A stretch of DNA of 64,000 bases from an uncultured Acinetobacter sp. (GTDB lineage Bacteria > Pseudomonadota > Gammaproteobacteria > Pseudomonadales > Moraxellaceae), in the NCBI GenBank assembly GCA_964293455.1, contig CAXYZD010000001.1:341-64340 (forward strand), in the 5' to 3' direction. Every line of letters starts with the position of its first letter. Within the stretch, counting starts at the first letter, position 1. The translations under genes were made by a program, and so were the position numbers. Under the pieces are notes generated by a model. That model was given only the letters and a program-made list of their open reading frames with translations. It made no database searches and was not told the DNA's origin. Positions 21,268 through 33,800 of this stretch are shown here, one piece after another.

Positions 21268-21836
21268 ATCTGATTACTTTTGGCTGATGTATTCAGTATC
21301 AGATTATTTTAATTTACATATGCTGACCAATAGCACTTTATACGAAATAAAGGATTATTGATCCAAATCAATATATAAAGCACCAAGTATTTGCATATTT
21401 GATCTTTTATTGTTAAATACCTTTATTTCTCACATAGTGAGTTTTGCACTTTAGAATAATCATGCATAAGACTCATCTATATATTGAAACTATCTCGAAT
21501 ACAGTACCGAAACAACGCTTTCCTGATGCATTTATCAACATTACCTTGGTAAAATTGGGCGTATAATGTTTGACATTATGCAAAACCTGACAAAATAAAT
21601 TGATGTTGTGCCGTTCATGTAATAAGATAAAAAATCAATTTAAATTAGATTTTTCAATCTAATTTGATTTTGCAATCGTTTTATCAGGTTGTGCAATACA
21701 GCTTGTTTCTTCAATTTATTTTTAGATTCAGCTTCCAACAGTTTCATCGTTTTGGGGCTTTCTTTGAGTCGCTACAGTTTGTTGGAAGATAAGATTCACT
21801 GAGGTTTCGGCCCATTCACGATACTAGGATACACGT

Positions 21837-24662
21837 GTGTTACCGATTATCATCTTATTACCATTAATCCTAGGCACTGTGCTTGTCTTATGGTTGCAAC
21901 GCTTTTCACGCGGCATCACTGCATGTGGTGCAATCGCAGTCAGTTTAAGTAGTTTTTTACTGCTCCTGTCACAAGCGAAGCAAGTTTTTAATGGCACAGC
22001 TGTTGTCCAAAGTTGGCAATGGTTACCGCAACTCGGCATCAATTTTAGCTTTCGGCTTGATGCGCTCAGTTTAATCTTTGCATTATTGATCAGTGGTATA
22101 GGCACGCTGATTTATATTTACGCCTATTATTATCTCGGTTCGAAAAACTCGCTCAGTAAACTGTATGCATTACTCATGCTGTTTATGGCAGCCATGCTCG
22201 GCATTTCCTTGTCCAATAACTTGATTATTTTATTGGTTTTTTGGGAATTGACGAGTATTTCATCCTTTCTGTTGGTCGGGTATTGGAGCAATTACGAAGC
22301 AGCACAACGTGGCTCTCGTATGGCGCTCACCATTACAGGAATGGGCGGTCTTGCCATGCTCGGTGGCTTCATTTTATTGGGGCAAATTGCTGGTACATAC
22401 CAAATTGATCAACTCACAACAATGGCGGAGCAAATTCAAAATAGCTCACTCTTTGTTCCTGCTCTATTGTTGATTTTATTGGGTGCATTCACCAAAAGTG
22501 CTCAATTTCCATTTCACTTTTGGCTACCCAATGCCATGGCAGCACCGACGCCTGTATCGGCTTATTTACACTCTGCGACCATGGTGAAAGCGGGTATTTT
22601 CTTGGTGGCTCGCCTTTTACCGATTTTTGTCGGTTCGGCAGTGTTCCATAATTTAGTGACCACCATTGGTCTACTCACCCTATGTATGGCAGCCTTTTTT
22701 GCTATTTTCAAAGAAGATTTAAAAGGCTTATTGGCCTATTCGACCATCAGTCATTTGGGTCTGATCATGTGCCTGTTGGGCATTGGTTCACCTTTAGCTG
22801 TTGCTGCTGCTATTTTCCACATCATTAACCACGCAACCTTCAAAGCTGCACTGTTTATGATTGCGGGTATTATTGATCATGAAAGTGGCACACGAGATTT
22901 ACGCAAACTTAGTGGCTTATGGCAACTCCTCCCATTTACCGCAACATTAACCATGATCACTGCCGCAGCAATGGCAGGCGTTCCACTGACTAACGGTTTC
23001 TTATCGAAAGAAATGTTCTTTACCGAACTGTTGGCAAATTTGTCAGGCGCTTATGTGGTGATTGCTGCAATTGTAGCAACTTTGGCAGGTTTATTTGCCG
23101 TTGCATACTCAGCTCGTTTGGTACATGGCGTCTTTTTTGATGGTGATGTCGGTAGAGAAGTTCCCAATAAACATGCACATGAACCGCACATTGGCATGCG
23201 TGCACCAGCTATTTTTCTTGCGACGTTATGTATTTTAGTCGGTATTCTGCCTGCATTATTGGTTGAACATATTGTCAATGCAGGCACATGTGCAAGTGCC
23301 CAACTCCCGACATTTGAAGGTGTACACCTTGCAATTTGGCATGGTTTTAATCTGCCTTTATTGATGAGTGGCATTGCCTTAATTGGTGGCTTACTGTTTT
23401 ATTTTGCACTTGCCAAAGGTGGCCGTATCCGTGAAATTGACTTTGATCCCGCTTTAGGTGCATTTCAAGGTAAATTGATTTTTGAAAAATTCCTCAAAAA
23501 TCTTTTACGTATTTCTCAAAAAATCAAACAAAAAACTGAAACAGGTTCATTACAGAACTATCTTTTATTGATTATTGTTTTTAGTATTTTCATGGTGACC
23601 TTACCCTTATGGGGACAAGGTTTAACCCTCGGAACACGTGAACTTTCAAGTGCACCATTGACTGCAATTGTCTTATGGTTACTGCTGTTTACTGCATGTT
23701 GGATGATGCTGTGGTTCCACCATGAACGCATTAAAGCAGTCTTGATTAGTGGTGCTATTGGCTTAGTCGTCACCATGGTTTTTATTCTACTTTCTGCACC
23801 TGATTTGGCACTCACACAAATCACTGTCGATGTCGTAACCACTGTTCTCTTATTGATGAGTTTATCGTTACTTCCTCAGCTGACGCCTTATGAATCGAGT
23901 CGTACACGTCGTTGGCGTGATGCGATTATTGCGATTATTGCAGGTTTAGGTATTGGTTGGATTGCATGGCTCATTTTGACCCGTGATCACAACTCTATTT
24001 CATGGTTCTTTGTACAACAAGCACTTCCTTTAGGGGGTGGTTCAAATATCGTCAATGTTATTTTGGTTGATTTCCGTGGCTTCGATACCTTTGGCGAAAT
24101 TACCGTACTCGGTATCGCAGGGATTGGTGCGCTGTGCATGATGGATGGTATGCGAGCACATGGTACAACCATCACTCAAGGTCTTAGCTACCGCTTTAAC
24201 CCATCACCACTGATGTTCCGTATGACAGCATCATGGGTGCTTCCGATTGCACTTGTCGTCAGTCTGTATATTTTAATGCGTGGGCATAATTATCCAGGTG
24301 GTGGCTTTATTGCAGGTCTTATTACTTCTATGGCATTGGTGATTCAATACATCGCTTTAGGGCAAGATAAAACTGAACAATTACTCAATGTAAAATCAGG
24401 ACGTCTCTATGAAGTTTGGATCGGTCTTGGATTACTCATTGCAGGTTTAACAGGCATTGCTTCATGGTTATGGGCACGACCATTCCTGACAAGTGCACAC
24501 ATTTATGTCAAAACTGATATTTTTGGCAAGTTCCATTTAGCATCTGCTGCAAGCTTCGATCTCGGTGTCTATATCACTGTTGTTGGTGCAACTATGTTAC
24601 TCATTTCTGTACTCAGCGATGCGCGTAACTCAAGTATGTCCGGTCCGGTCTTTAAGGAGTAA
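21837..24662 (+). CDS. phaA: Monovalent cation/H+ antiporter subunit A/B fusion (Pha/Mrp)
   Basis: KSAQFPFHFWLPNAMAAPTPVSAYLHSATMVKAG, VNVILVDFRGFDTFGE, RGHNYPGGGFIAGL; GTG start with an AGGA SD. Confidence 0.95.
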   Translation: MLPIIILLPLILGTVLVLWLQRFSRGITACGAIAVSLSSFLLLLSQAKQVFNGTAVVQSWQWLPQLGINFSFRLDALSLIFALLISGIGTLIYIYAYYYLGSKNSLSKLYALLMLFMAAMLGISLSNNLIILLVFWELTSISSFLLVGYWSNYEAAQRGSRMALTITGMGGLAMLGGFILLGQIAGTYQIDQLTTMAEQIQNSSLFVPALLLILLGAFTKSAQFPFHFWLPNAMAAPTPVSAYLHSATMVKAGIFLVARLLPIFVGSAVFHNLVTTIGLLTLCMAAFFAIFKEDLKGLLAYSTISHLGLIMCLLGIGSPLAVAAAIFHIINHATFKAALFMIAGIIDHESGTRDLRKLSGLWQLLPFTATLTMITAAAMAGVPLTNGFLSKEMFFTELLANLSGAYVVIAAIVATLAGLFAVAYSARLVHGVFFDGDVGREVPNKHAHEPHIGMRAPAIFLATLCILVGILPALLVEHIVNAGTCASAQLPTFEGVHLAIWHGFNLPLLMSGIALIGGLLFYFALAKGGRIREIDFDPALGAFQGKLIFEKFLKNLLRISQKIKQKTETGSLQNYLLLIIVFSIFMVTLPLWGQGLTLGTRELSSAPLTAIVLWLLLFTACWMMLWFHHERIKAVLISGAIGLVVTMVFILLSAPDLALTQITVDVVTTVLLLMSLSLLPQLTPYESSRTRRWRDAIIAIIAGLGIGWIAWLILTRDHNSISWFFVQQALPLGGGSNIVNVILVDFRGFDTFGEITVLGIAGIGALCMMDGMRAHGTTITQGLSYRFNPSPLMFRMTASWVLPIALVVSLYILMRGHNYPGGGFIAGLITSMALVIQYIALGQDKTEQLLNVKSGRLYEVWIGLGLLIAGLTGIASWLWARPFLTSAHIYVKTDIFGKFHLASAASFDLGVYITVVGATMLLISVLSDARNSSMSGPVFKE

Positions 24663-24664
24663 TT

Positions 24665-25030
24665 ATGATTAGTTTAGAATTTTTACTCGCTTCCGCCATT
24701 GGTTTACTTGTGACAACAGGTGTTTATCTCGTCTTGCGTGCACGTACTTTCCCTGTGGTTTTAGGGCTTGCGATGATTGGCTATGCAGTCAATTTATTCC
24801 TTTTTGCGATGGGACGTTTGCAAGAAAATGCACCTGCAATTTTAGTTGAAACTGAAAAAGTGACCGACCCTTTACCTCAAGCACTTGTCCTGACCGCCAT
24901 TGTAATTGGCTTTGCCACCACTGCATTTATTGTGCAATTGGCACTACGTAGCCGTTACGAGTCAGGTACAGATCATGTCGATTCTAAAGAGGAACCGAAT
25001 ACTTTTGATCCCCGTGAGGATGAGCCTTAA
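24665..25030 (+). CDS. phaC: Monovalent cation/H+ antiporter subunit C
   Basis: DPLPQALVLTAIVIGFA motif. Confidence 0.95.
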   Translation: MISLEFLLASAIGLLVTTGVYLVLRARTFPVVLGLAMIGYAVNLFLFAMGRLQENAPAILVETEKVTDPLPQALVLTAIVIGFATTAFIVQLALRSRYESGTDHVDSKEEPNTFDPREDEP

Positions 25031-26838
25031 TGAATATGTTGATTGATTTTTGGCACACTCACACCCCTATTTTAAGTATTTTGATTCCTGCATTCACAGC
25101 CTTTGCCTTAGTGCTGCTTGGTAATCCGGGTGCAGGAACTTTGGCGCAAGATTGGCGACAACCTTGGCGTCGTGGCATCAGTTTAATTTCGGCTGTTTTA
25201 GGACTTGCAACAGCGATTAGCTATTTGATGCAAGCCAGCTCAGGGCAAATCTTTATTTACGAACTCAGTGAATGGACTGCACCTTTCGGAATTATTCTTG
25301 TATTAGATCAACTCTCGGCATTGATGTTGGTATTGACCTATAGCCTTGCACTGCCGATCCTTTGGTTTGCAAGTAAAGAATGGGATGAACGTGGACGTTA
25401 CTTCCATGCCATGTGCCATTTCTTACTCATGGGACTCTGTGGTGCATTCCTCACAGGCGATTTATTTAACCTCTTTGTCTTCTTTGAAGTGCTGTTGATG
25501 GCATCTTATGTCCTGCTCCTACATGGGCAAGGCAAAGCGCGCTTTCAGCTTGGTATTCATTACGTCACCATCAATCTACTTGCCTCTGCACTCTTCCTGA
25601 TTGGTTTAGGTATGATCTACGGCAGTGTTGGTAGTCTCAATATGGCAGATGTTGGACGTATTTTACCGACCTTACCCCATGATCAACATCGCCTTGCTAC
25701 AGCAGGTGGTTTATTACTCTTTGTGGTTTTCGGTATTAAAGCCGCAATGCTTCCTGTCGGCTTTTGGTTACCAAAGACCTATGCTGTAGCAGCAACGCCT
25801 GTAGCAGCGCTCTTTACCATTATGACCAAAGTGGGTATTTATGCCATTTTACGGGTCAATGGTACTGTGTTTAATGATGAACTTGGACAAAGTATTTTAA
25901 GTCATACTTTATTAATTATTGGTTTAATCACCTCACTTTATGGTGTGATTGGCGCAATTGGAGTCGATCGTTTACGCCGTTTTGTCGGCTTTATGATTTT
26001 ATCCTCCATTGGAACAATTCTCGTTGCATTCTCCATGATGAATGAAGCGGCATGGAGTGCAGGCTTATATTATCTTGTACACAGCACGATCATTGCAGCA
26101 TCATTTTATTTGCTGTGTGGATGGATTACCTCGCAACGTGGTGCACTCAAAGATCATCTCAAAATTGCACCAAAAATGAAGCAAGATAAAATTATTGCTG
26201 CGAGTTTCTTTCTTATTGCATTGATGATGGCAGGACTTCCACCTTTCAGTGGTTTCTTGGGTAAAGTGCTGATTTTACAAGCAACTGCAAATTTTGCGTA
26301 TCAAGGTTGGATTATCGGTATTCTTTTATTGGTCAGTTTACTCAGTATTCTTGCCTTTACTCGTGTGGGTTTTATCTTGTTTTGGCGAGCAACCACACCT
26401 GAAAACAACCCCAAAGAACAAGCCTATGCCGATTATCAACAGCTACCAAATCACGCACCTATTCGCAATGATTGGACAATCTATGTCTTGCTCAGTAGCT
26501 TAATTTTATATGTCGCTTGTGCAGCACCAATTTTAAAATATACTGAACAAACTGCACATCAAATTACGCAAGCACGTCAGTATCAACAGCTCATTTTAAA
26601 ATCTGACGAGCATCAAAATGTTATCAGTGCTCAACCGTTTGATCCAAAATATATTCCTGAAACCAAAGATGGCGGTGAAGTTACCGATCCAAATGCTCAC
26701 TATATTCCCTACAGTATTTCAAAAAATACGCTGAATGGTGAACATATTTCAGAGTACAAGCAGCAACAAATTCAGCAACAGCAAGCTGAACAACGCAAAA
26801 ATAATGACCAACCACAACTCAAGCCGATGGAGCCGTAA
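25030..26838 (+). CDS. phaD: Monovalent cation/H+ antiporter subunit D
   Basis: GAFLTGDLFNLFVFFEV, FWLPKTY, GLPPFSGF; has a polar C-terminal extension. Confidence 0.95.
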   Translation: MNMLIDFWHTHTPILSILIPAFTAFALVLLGNPGAGTLAQDWRQPWRRGISLISAVLGLATAISYLMQASSGQIFIYELSEWTAPFGIILVLDQLSALMLVLTYSLALPILWFASKEWDERGRYFHAMCHFLLMGLCGAFLTGDLFNLFVFFEVLLMASYVLLLHGQGKARFQLGIHYVTINLLASALFLIGLGMIYGSVGSLNMADVGRILPTLPHDQHRLATAGGLLLFVVFGIKAAMLPVGFWLPKTYAVAATPVAALFTIMTKVGIYAILRVNGTVFNDELGQSILSHTLLIIGLITSLYGVIGAIGVDRLRRFVGFMILSSIGTILVAFSMMNEAAWSAGLYYLVHSTIIAASFYLLCGWITSQRGALKDHLKIAPKMKQDKIIAASFFLIALMMAGLPPFSGFLGKVLILQATANFAYQGWIIGILLLVSLLSILAFTRVGFILFWRATTPENNPKEQAYADYQQLPNHAPIRNDWTIYVLLSSLILYVACAAPILKYTEQTAHQITQARQYQQLILKSDEHQNVISAQPFDPKYIPETKDGGEVTDPNAHYIPYSISKNTLNGEHISEYKQQQIQQQQAEQRKNNDQPQLKPMEP

Positions 26839-27363
26839 ATGAAACAAAAACTTTCTTTCATTGATCGCGTCCTCCCTCATCCATTTGTGTCGGTATTGGT
26901 TGGTCTATCTTGGTTGATGCTTGGGCATAGCTCTGAAGCCTTTGATATTTTTATGGCAATTATGCTCGGTTTAATTATTCCAAAAATCGTGCAGCCCTTT
27001 ATTGTTCGCACACCCAATATTCATTGGCAGCCTGCCATTCGACTCATTTTTGTTGTGCTTTGGGACATCATTGTGTCCAATATTCGTGTGGCAAAACAGG
27101 TGCTTGGTCCTACGAAAAACCTACATCCAAAATGGTTTCGTGTGCCTTTAGACACCGATCATGAGCATGTTAATGCACTTCTTGCGATGATCATTACCAC
27201 CACGCCGGGAACCGTCAGCGCAGGTATTGATCAGGAACGTGGTGACATTTTAGTGCATGCACTCAGTTGTGATGATATTGATGCTGAAATTGAAGCCATT
27301 AAAGTTCGCTATGAACTCCCATTGATCGAAATTTTTAACGTCGAGGAAGGAGAACCATCATGA
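26839..27363 (+). CDS. phaE: Monovalent cation/H+ antiporter subunit E
   Basis: IITTTPGTVS motif and operon position. Confidence 0.92.
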   Translation: MKQKLSFIDRVLPHPFVSVLVGLSWLMLGHSSEAFDIFMAIMLGLIIPKIVQPFIVRTPNIHWQPAIRLIFVVLWDIIVSNIRVAKQVLGPTKNLHPKWFRVPLDTDHEHVNALLAMIITTTPGTVSAGIDQERGDILVHALSCDDIDAEIEAIKVRYELPLIEIFNVEEGEPS

Positions 27364-27635
27364 TATTTCTACCTTACGTACTGGGTGTCTGCGTGATTAT
27401 CATCACCATTTCCATGTTTCTCTGCCTCATTCGCCTTGTAATGGGTCCTTCAATTGTGGATCGTTTGCTTGCACTTGACACTCTGTTTTTAAATGCTACG
27501 TGCTTGGTAATTATTCTTGGAATTTATTGGACGAGTACCAATATGTTTGAAGGTGCATTATTGGTGGCAATGCTTGGTTTTGTATCGACCGCAGCATTAG
27601 CACGTTATTTCACTACGGGTCATGTCGTTGACTAA
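27360..27635 (+). CDS. phaF: Monovalent cation/H+ antiporter subunit F
   Basis: GPSIVDRLLALD and GFVSTAALARY motifs. Confidence 0.92.
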   Translation: MIFLPYVLGVCVIIITISMFLCLIRLVMGPSIVDRLLALDTLFLNATCLVIILGIYWTSTNMFEGALLVAMLGFVSTAALARYFTTGHVVD

Positions 27636-27645
27636 TCAGAAATAA

Positions 27646-28038
27646 ATGGAGAACTTTATGCAACTTGCTATGGAAATTATCGTTTCATTTTTTCTGATTA
27701 TAGGTTCATTTTTCACCTTAGTCGGTGGTATCGGCATGGTCAAACTTCCCGATCTATTCATGCGCTTGCATGCACCGACCAAAGCCAGTACTTTGGGACT
27801 GGGAAGTTTTCTGATTGCAGGAATGCTTTATTCGGCTTATAACAGCCGTTTTGGTTTTGCAGAATTACTTATTACCCTACTCGCTTTTATTACCGCGCCT
27901 GTATCTGCCAACTTAATTGCACAAGCAGCAATTCATTTACGTTTACGCTCAACTTCAGGTGATGTACCCGAAACACTAGACCGAGCATTACCATGGCAAC
28001 GTCAAAAAAATGTAAAGCAATTTAAAGATAAATTTTAA
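27646..28038 (+). CDS. phaG: Monovalent cation/H+ antiporter subunit G
   Basis: LPDLFMRLHAPTKASTLG and TAPVSA motifs. Confidence 0.92.
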   Translation: MENFMQLAMEIIVSFFLIIGSFFTLVGGIGMVKLPDLFMRLHAPTKASTLGLGSFLIAGMLYSAYNSRFGFAELLITLLAFITAPVSANLIAQAAIHLRLRSTSGDVPETLDRALPWQRQKNVKQFKDKF

Positions 28039-28071
28039 TTTTTGGATGAGTATTTAAAATATCTACGCAGT

Positions 28072-28102
28072 AAAAAGCCCAATTTATACATTGGGCTTTT
28101 TT
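28072..28102. terminator. Bidirectional intrinsic terminator
   Basis: AAAAAGCCCAAT...ATTGGGCTTTTTT between convergent genes. Confidence 0.85.
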
Positions 28103-28155
28103 ATTTCATAGCAAGACTTAAAAGTGAGTTTTAAAATGAAATTAATAACATAAAA

Positions 28156-29058
28156 TTAACTGTACAGCGGTAGATGAACTTCCTCTTGAAAACTCTCCAT
28201 ACCATAATCATCGGCAAATTTTGACTTCCAATGTGCTACGATTTCAGTGTAATCAATTTCATTAGGATGAAAATCTGCTTTGAAATAAGATAGATACTCT
28301 GGGATCAAAGAAATTAACATTTTAGAAATCAAATATACACCAAAAATATTTTGCGATACTTTTGGCACGCTTTTACGCCAATCTTGCATAAACAAACGAG
28401 TTGCAGAATAAAACGTTAAACTTGCAAAACCTGTCGTCACATTACGCATCACCGAACGACGTACTTTATCATCTTTATACAATGTTTGATAAACATCAAA
28501 AGCTACAGCACGATGCTCAACTTCTTCAATCGCATGCCAAACCCAAAGTTTGATTGCATCATCATCAAGCGTACTCAGCACTTCAGGATGACGAAGAATA
28601 TAGCCCCCGAGCAGTGCGGTAAAATGTTCAAATGCTGCAGTTACTGCAAGTTGGTACTTTGGAGGTACACTTTTAATCAGTGCATCACGACGTCCTAACC
28701 ATGCCTGAAAACTATCCAAATTATAATCATCACGACGCCATGCATCATTAAATTCAGCATGTGCTTTGGAATGCATCGCCTCTTGACCAATAAAAGCAGC
28801 AATTTCTGCTTGTAACTTTTCATCAGTAATTTTGTCACGCACATTACGTACACTGTGTACAAAAAATTGTTCACCGATTGGAAACGTTGATGATAGTGCT
28901 GTGAGCAGATGCGACATCACAGGAGAATTCGCAAAAAAATGTCGTCTAATATTTTTTGGGTTAAAGCTTGGTTTACGGACTTTAATACCAATAGCCTTAG
29001 GACGATTTAAATATGATTTTTTTTCTTCCGTCACTATAACTGCTGACATAATGGTCAT
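28156..29058 (-). CDS. Predicted metal-dependent hydrolase (ferritin-like diiron family)
   Basis: FPIGEQFFV, FIGQEAMH, AFEHFTA, WHAIEEVEHRAVAFDV (ExxH motifs). Confidence 0.85.
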   Translation of the reverse strand: MTIMSAVIVTEEKKSYLNRPKAIGIKVRKPSFNPKNIRRHFFANSPVMSHLLTALSSTFPIGEQFFVHSVRNVRDKITDEKLQAEIAAFIGQEAMHSKAHAEFNDAWRRDDYNLDSFQAWLGRRDALIKSVPPKYQLAVTAAFEHFTALLGGYILRHPEVLSTLDDDAIKLWVWHAIEEVEHRAVAFDVYQTLYKDDKVRRSVMRNVTTGFASLTFYSATRLFMQDWRKSVPKVSQNIFGVYLISKMLISLIPEYLSYFKADFHPNEIDYTEIVAHWKSKFADDYGMESFQEEVHLPLYS

Positions 29059-29286
29059 CCTACATTTGTCTGAAATTTAAACTATATTGGCACATCCTAT
29101 TTTTTTGTATATTGCGAAATACATCACGAATTGGCAAAAATGCTCATTGCGTCATTTCAGCCAAAGTCACAAGTTTAAAGACAAATTAAAATTTTAAATA
29201 TTTTTGTTTATTTTCAATAATATATGGTTTTTTAAATACAATATTAATAACGTAACAATATGTCACTTTTTAATGATTTTCCAGAT

Positions 29287-29316
29287 AAAACAAAGCCTGC
29301 AAAAATACAGGCTTTG
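29287..29316 (-). terminator. Intrinsic terminator after gltD
   Basis: CAAAGCCTG...CAGGCTTTG hairpin with a T-run on the minus strand. Confidence 0.65.
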
Positions 29317-29358
29317 AGATAATAATTTGAATTTTTAATGTTCACTCAAGAACAAATA

Positions 29359-30837
<1,479 letters not shown>

Positions 30838-30871
30838 TTACCCACACCTACCTAAAATATGAGTAGTGGAA

Positions 30872-33800
30872 TTATTGTGGATCGGCTTGAGTTGTTTTCA
30901 AAAGCGTTTGTAAATTAGCTGCTTTTGGTTTCACCAGCCAGAATTTACGACTATAGAAATCAAACTCATTACGGATCTTATACGCCCAAGCACTACCTGT
31001 TTCTGCAATATGTTCATCTAAAATACGAAGTAAGAACTCTTTATGTTCTTCCATCGGCTCTGTTGAAATACGGTTCAATTCAATGAGTTCGTGATTATAG
31101 TAATCTACAAAGTCATTATCTAAGTCAAGTACATAAGCAAAACCGCCTGTCATACCTGCACCAAAGTTATGCCCAACTTTACCAAGTACAGTCACAATAC
31201 CGCCTGTCATGTATTCACAACAATGGTCGCCTGCGCCTTCAATCACCGCAAATGCACCCGAGTTACGCACTGCAAAACGCTCGCCTGCCGTACCTGCTGC
31301 AAACAATTTACCGCCTGTTGCACCGTAAAGACAAGTATTACCAATGATTGCTGTTTCTTGCGTTTGGAATGGTGAACCTTTTGGTGGGAAGATCGACACA
31401 CGACCACCCGCCATACCTTTACCCACATAGTCATTCGCATCGCCTTCAAGGCTAATATGCAAACCACCTGCGTTCCAAACACCCAAAGACTGTCCTGCTG
31501 TGCCTTTTAGGTTCATTTTTACAGGATGCGCTTCCATACTCAAGTTGCCATAACGTTTTGCAATTTCACCCGAAATACGTGCACCAATTGAACGGTCACA
31601 GTTTACAGTTGTGAAGTGATATTCACCACCTGTACCCGCTTCAATTGCAGAAAGCATCTCTGCAACCATTTTCTCAGCCAAGATACCTTTATCGAATGGT
31701 GCATTGCCTTGAACTTCGCAATATTGCGCTTTGCCGTCCGCAGATGGGTGTGAGGTTAACAATGCACTCAAATCGATGTTGGCATGTTTCTCAGTTTCAC
31801 CCGGCAACATTTCAAGCAGATCAGTACGACCAATCAAATCTTTCAATGATGCAACACCCAATGCTGCCAACCATTCACGCGTTTCTTCTGCAATAAAGTG
31901 GAAGAAGTTAATCAGCATTTCAGGTTCACCAATATAGTGTTCCTGACGCAAATGATCTTGTTGCGTTGCAACACCCGTCGCACAGTTGTTCAAGTGGCAA
32001 ATACGCAAGTATTTACAACCTAAAGCGATCATTGGTGTCGAACCAAAACCGAAGCTTTCCGCACCCAAAATGGCCGCTTTAACAACGTCTAGACCAGTTT
32101 TTAAACCACCATCGGTTTGTACACGTACTTTGCCACGAAGGTCATTCACACGAAGTGCTTGATGCGCTTCTGCAAGACCCAATTCCCAAGGTGAACCCGC
32201 ATGATGAATTGAAGATAATGGTGATGCTGCTGTACCACCGTCATAACCTGAAATGGTAATGAAGTCGGCATAGGCTTTCGCAACACCAGCCGCAATTGTA
32301 CCTACGCCCGGTTCTGAAACCAATTTTACAGAAACCATCGCATCAGGATTGACTTGCTTCAAGTCAAAGATCAATTGTGATAAATCTTCGATTGAGTAAA
32401 TATCATGGTGCGGTGGTGGTGAAATCAAGGTCACACCCGGTACTGAATAACGTAAACGTGCAATTAAGCCATTCACTTTACCACCCGGTAACTGACCACC
32501 TTCACCCGGTTTTGCACCTTGCGCCACTTTAATCTGTAAAACTTCCGCAGATCTTAAGTATGCAGGCGTTACACCAAAGCGACCTGATGCAATTTGTTTA
32601 ATTTTCGAGTTACGAATTGTGCCGTAACGTGCAGGGTCTTCACCGCCCTCACCTGAGTTTGAACGACCACCGATGGTGTTCATGGCAATTGCAATCGCTT
32701 CATGTGCTTCAGGCGACAACGCGCCTAATGACATACCCGCAGAGTCAAAACGTGGCAGAATTTCTGAAACCGCTTCAACAGCCTCTAAGGGAATTGGATT
32801 GTCAGTTTTGAGTTTCAATAAGTCGCGAATCGTAGCAATTGGACGCGTATTGACGAGTTCTGCGTATTCTTTGAAGTCCGCATAATTACCAGAACGAACC
32901 GATTTGTGTAATGCATTGATTACATCAGGGTTGAATGCATGGTATTCCTTGTCGAATACGAATTTTAGTAAACCACCTTGTTCAATTGGCTTACGTGCTT
33001 TCCACGCCAAATCTGCCAATTTTTTCAAATCGTTTTCAAGGTCTATAAATGTTGCACCTTTAATACGGCTTGGTACACCTGTGAAGCATTTTGCAACCAC
33101 TTCCTCAGACAAACCAACAGCTTCGAAAAGCTGACCGCCACGATATGATGCAACGGTTGAAATCCCCATTTTAGAGAGTACTTTCAACAAGCCTTTATCA
33201 ATTCCTTTACGGAAATTTGCTTGCGCATGAATCGGATCACCCAACAACTCACCTTTGGCAATCAAATCATTGATCACATCATACGCAAGGTATGGATAAA
33301 TCGCTGTTGCACCAAAACCTAAAATCACAGCAAATTGATGTGCATCACGCGCTAAAGCTGTTTCAACAATGATGTTCGCATCAGTACGCAAACCAGCACC
33401 CATCAAGTGATGGTGAATTGCACCTGTCACCATTGCCGCATTTGCTGGCAAATAACCTTGACGAATTTTACGATCTGAAATGACAAGTAATGTTTTGCCA
33501 TCACGAATCGCTTGAGCAGCTTCCTCACAAATACGTGCAATTGCAGCTTCAAGACCTTCAGTTTCCACATAGTTTAAATCGATATCGGCAATTTCATAAC
33601 CTTTACGACCCAATGTACGAATTTGGTGCATTTTAGAATTTGAAAGTACAGGGCTTGAAATAATTAAACGGTCTGCATGTTCTGGACTTTGTTCAAAAAC
33701 ATTTTGCTCACGGCCAAAACACGTTTCCAATGACATCACAATCGATTCACGCAATGGATCAATCGGAGGATTGGTCACTTGGGCAAATTGCTGACGGAAA

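Noticed and set aside
21268-21600. Remnant of an HNH/PtuB gene or a retron ncRNA after the ATPase
   Set aside because: No ORF or CxxC/HNH trace is visible, and there is no reverse transcriptase in the window.
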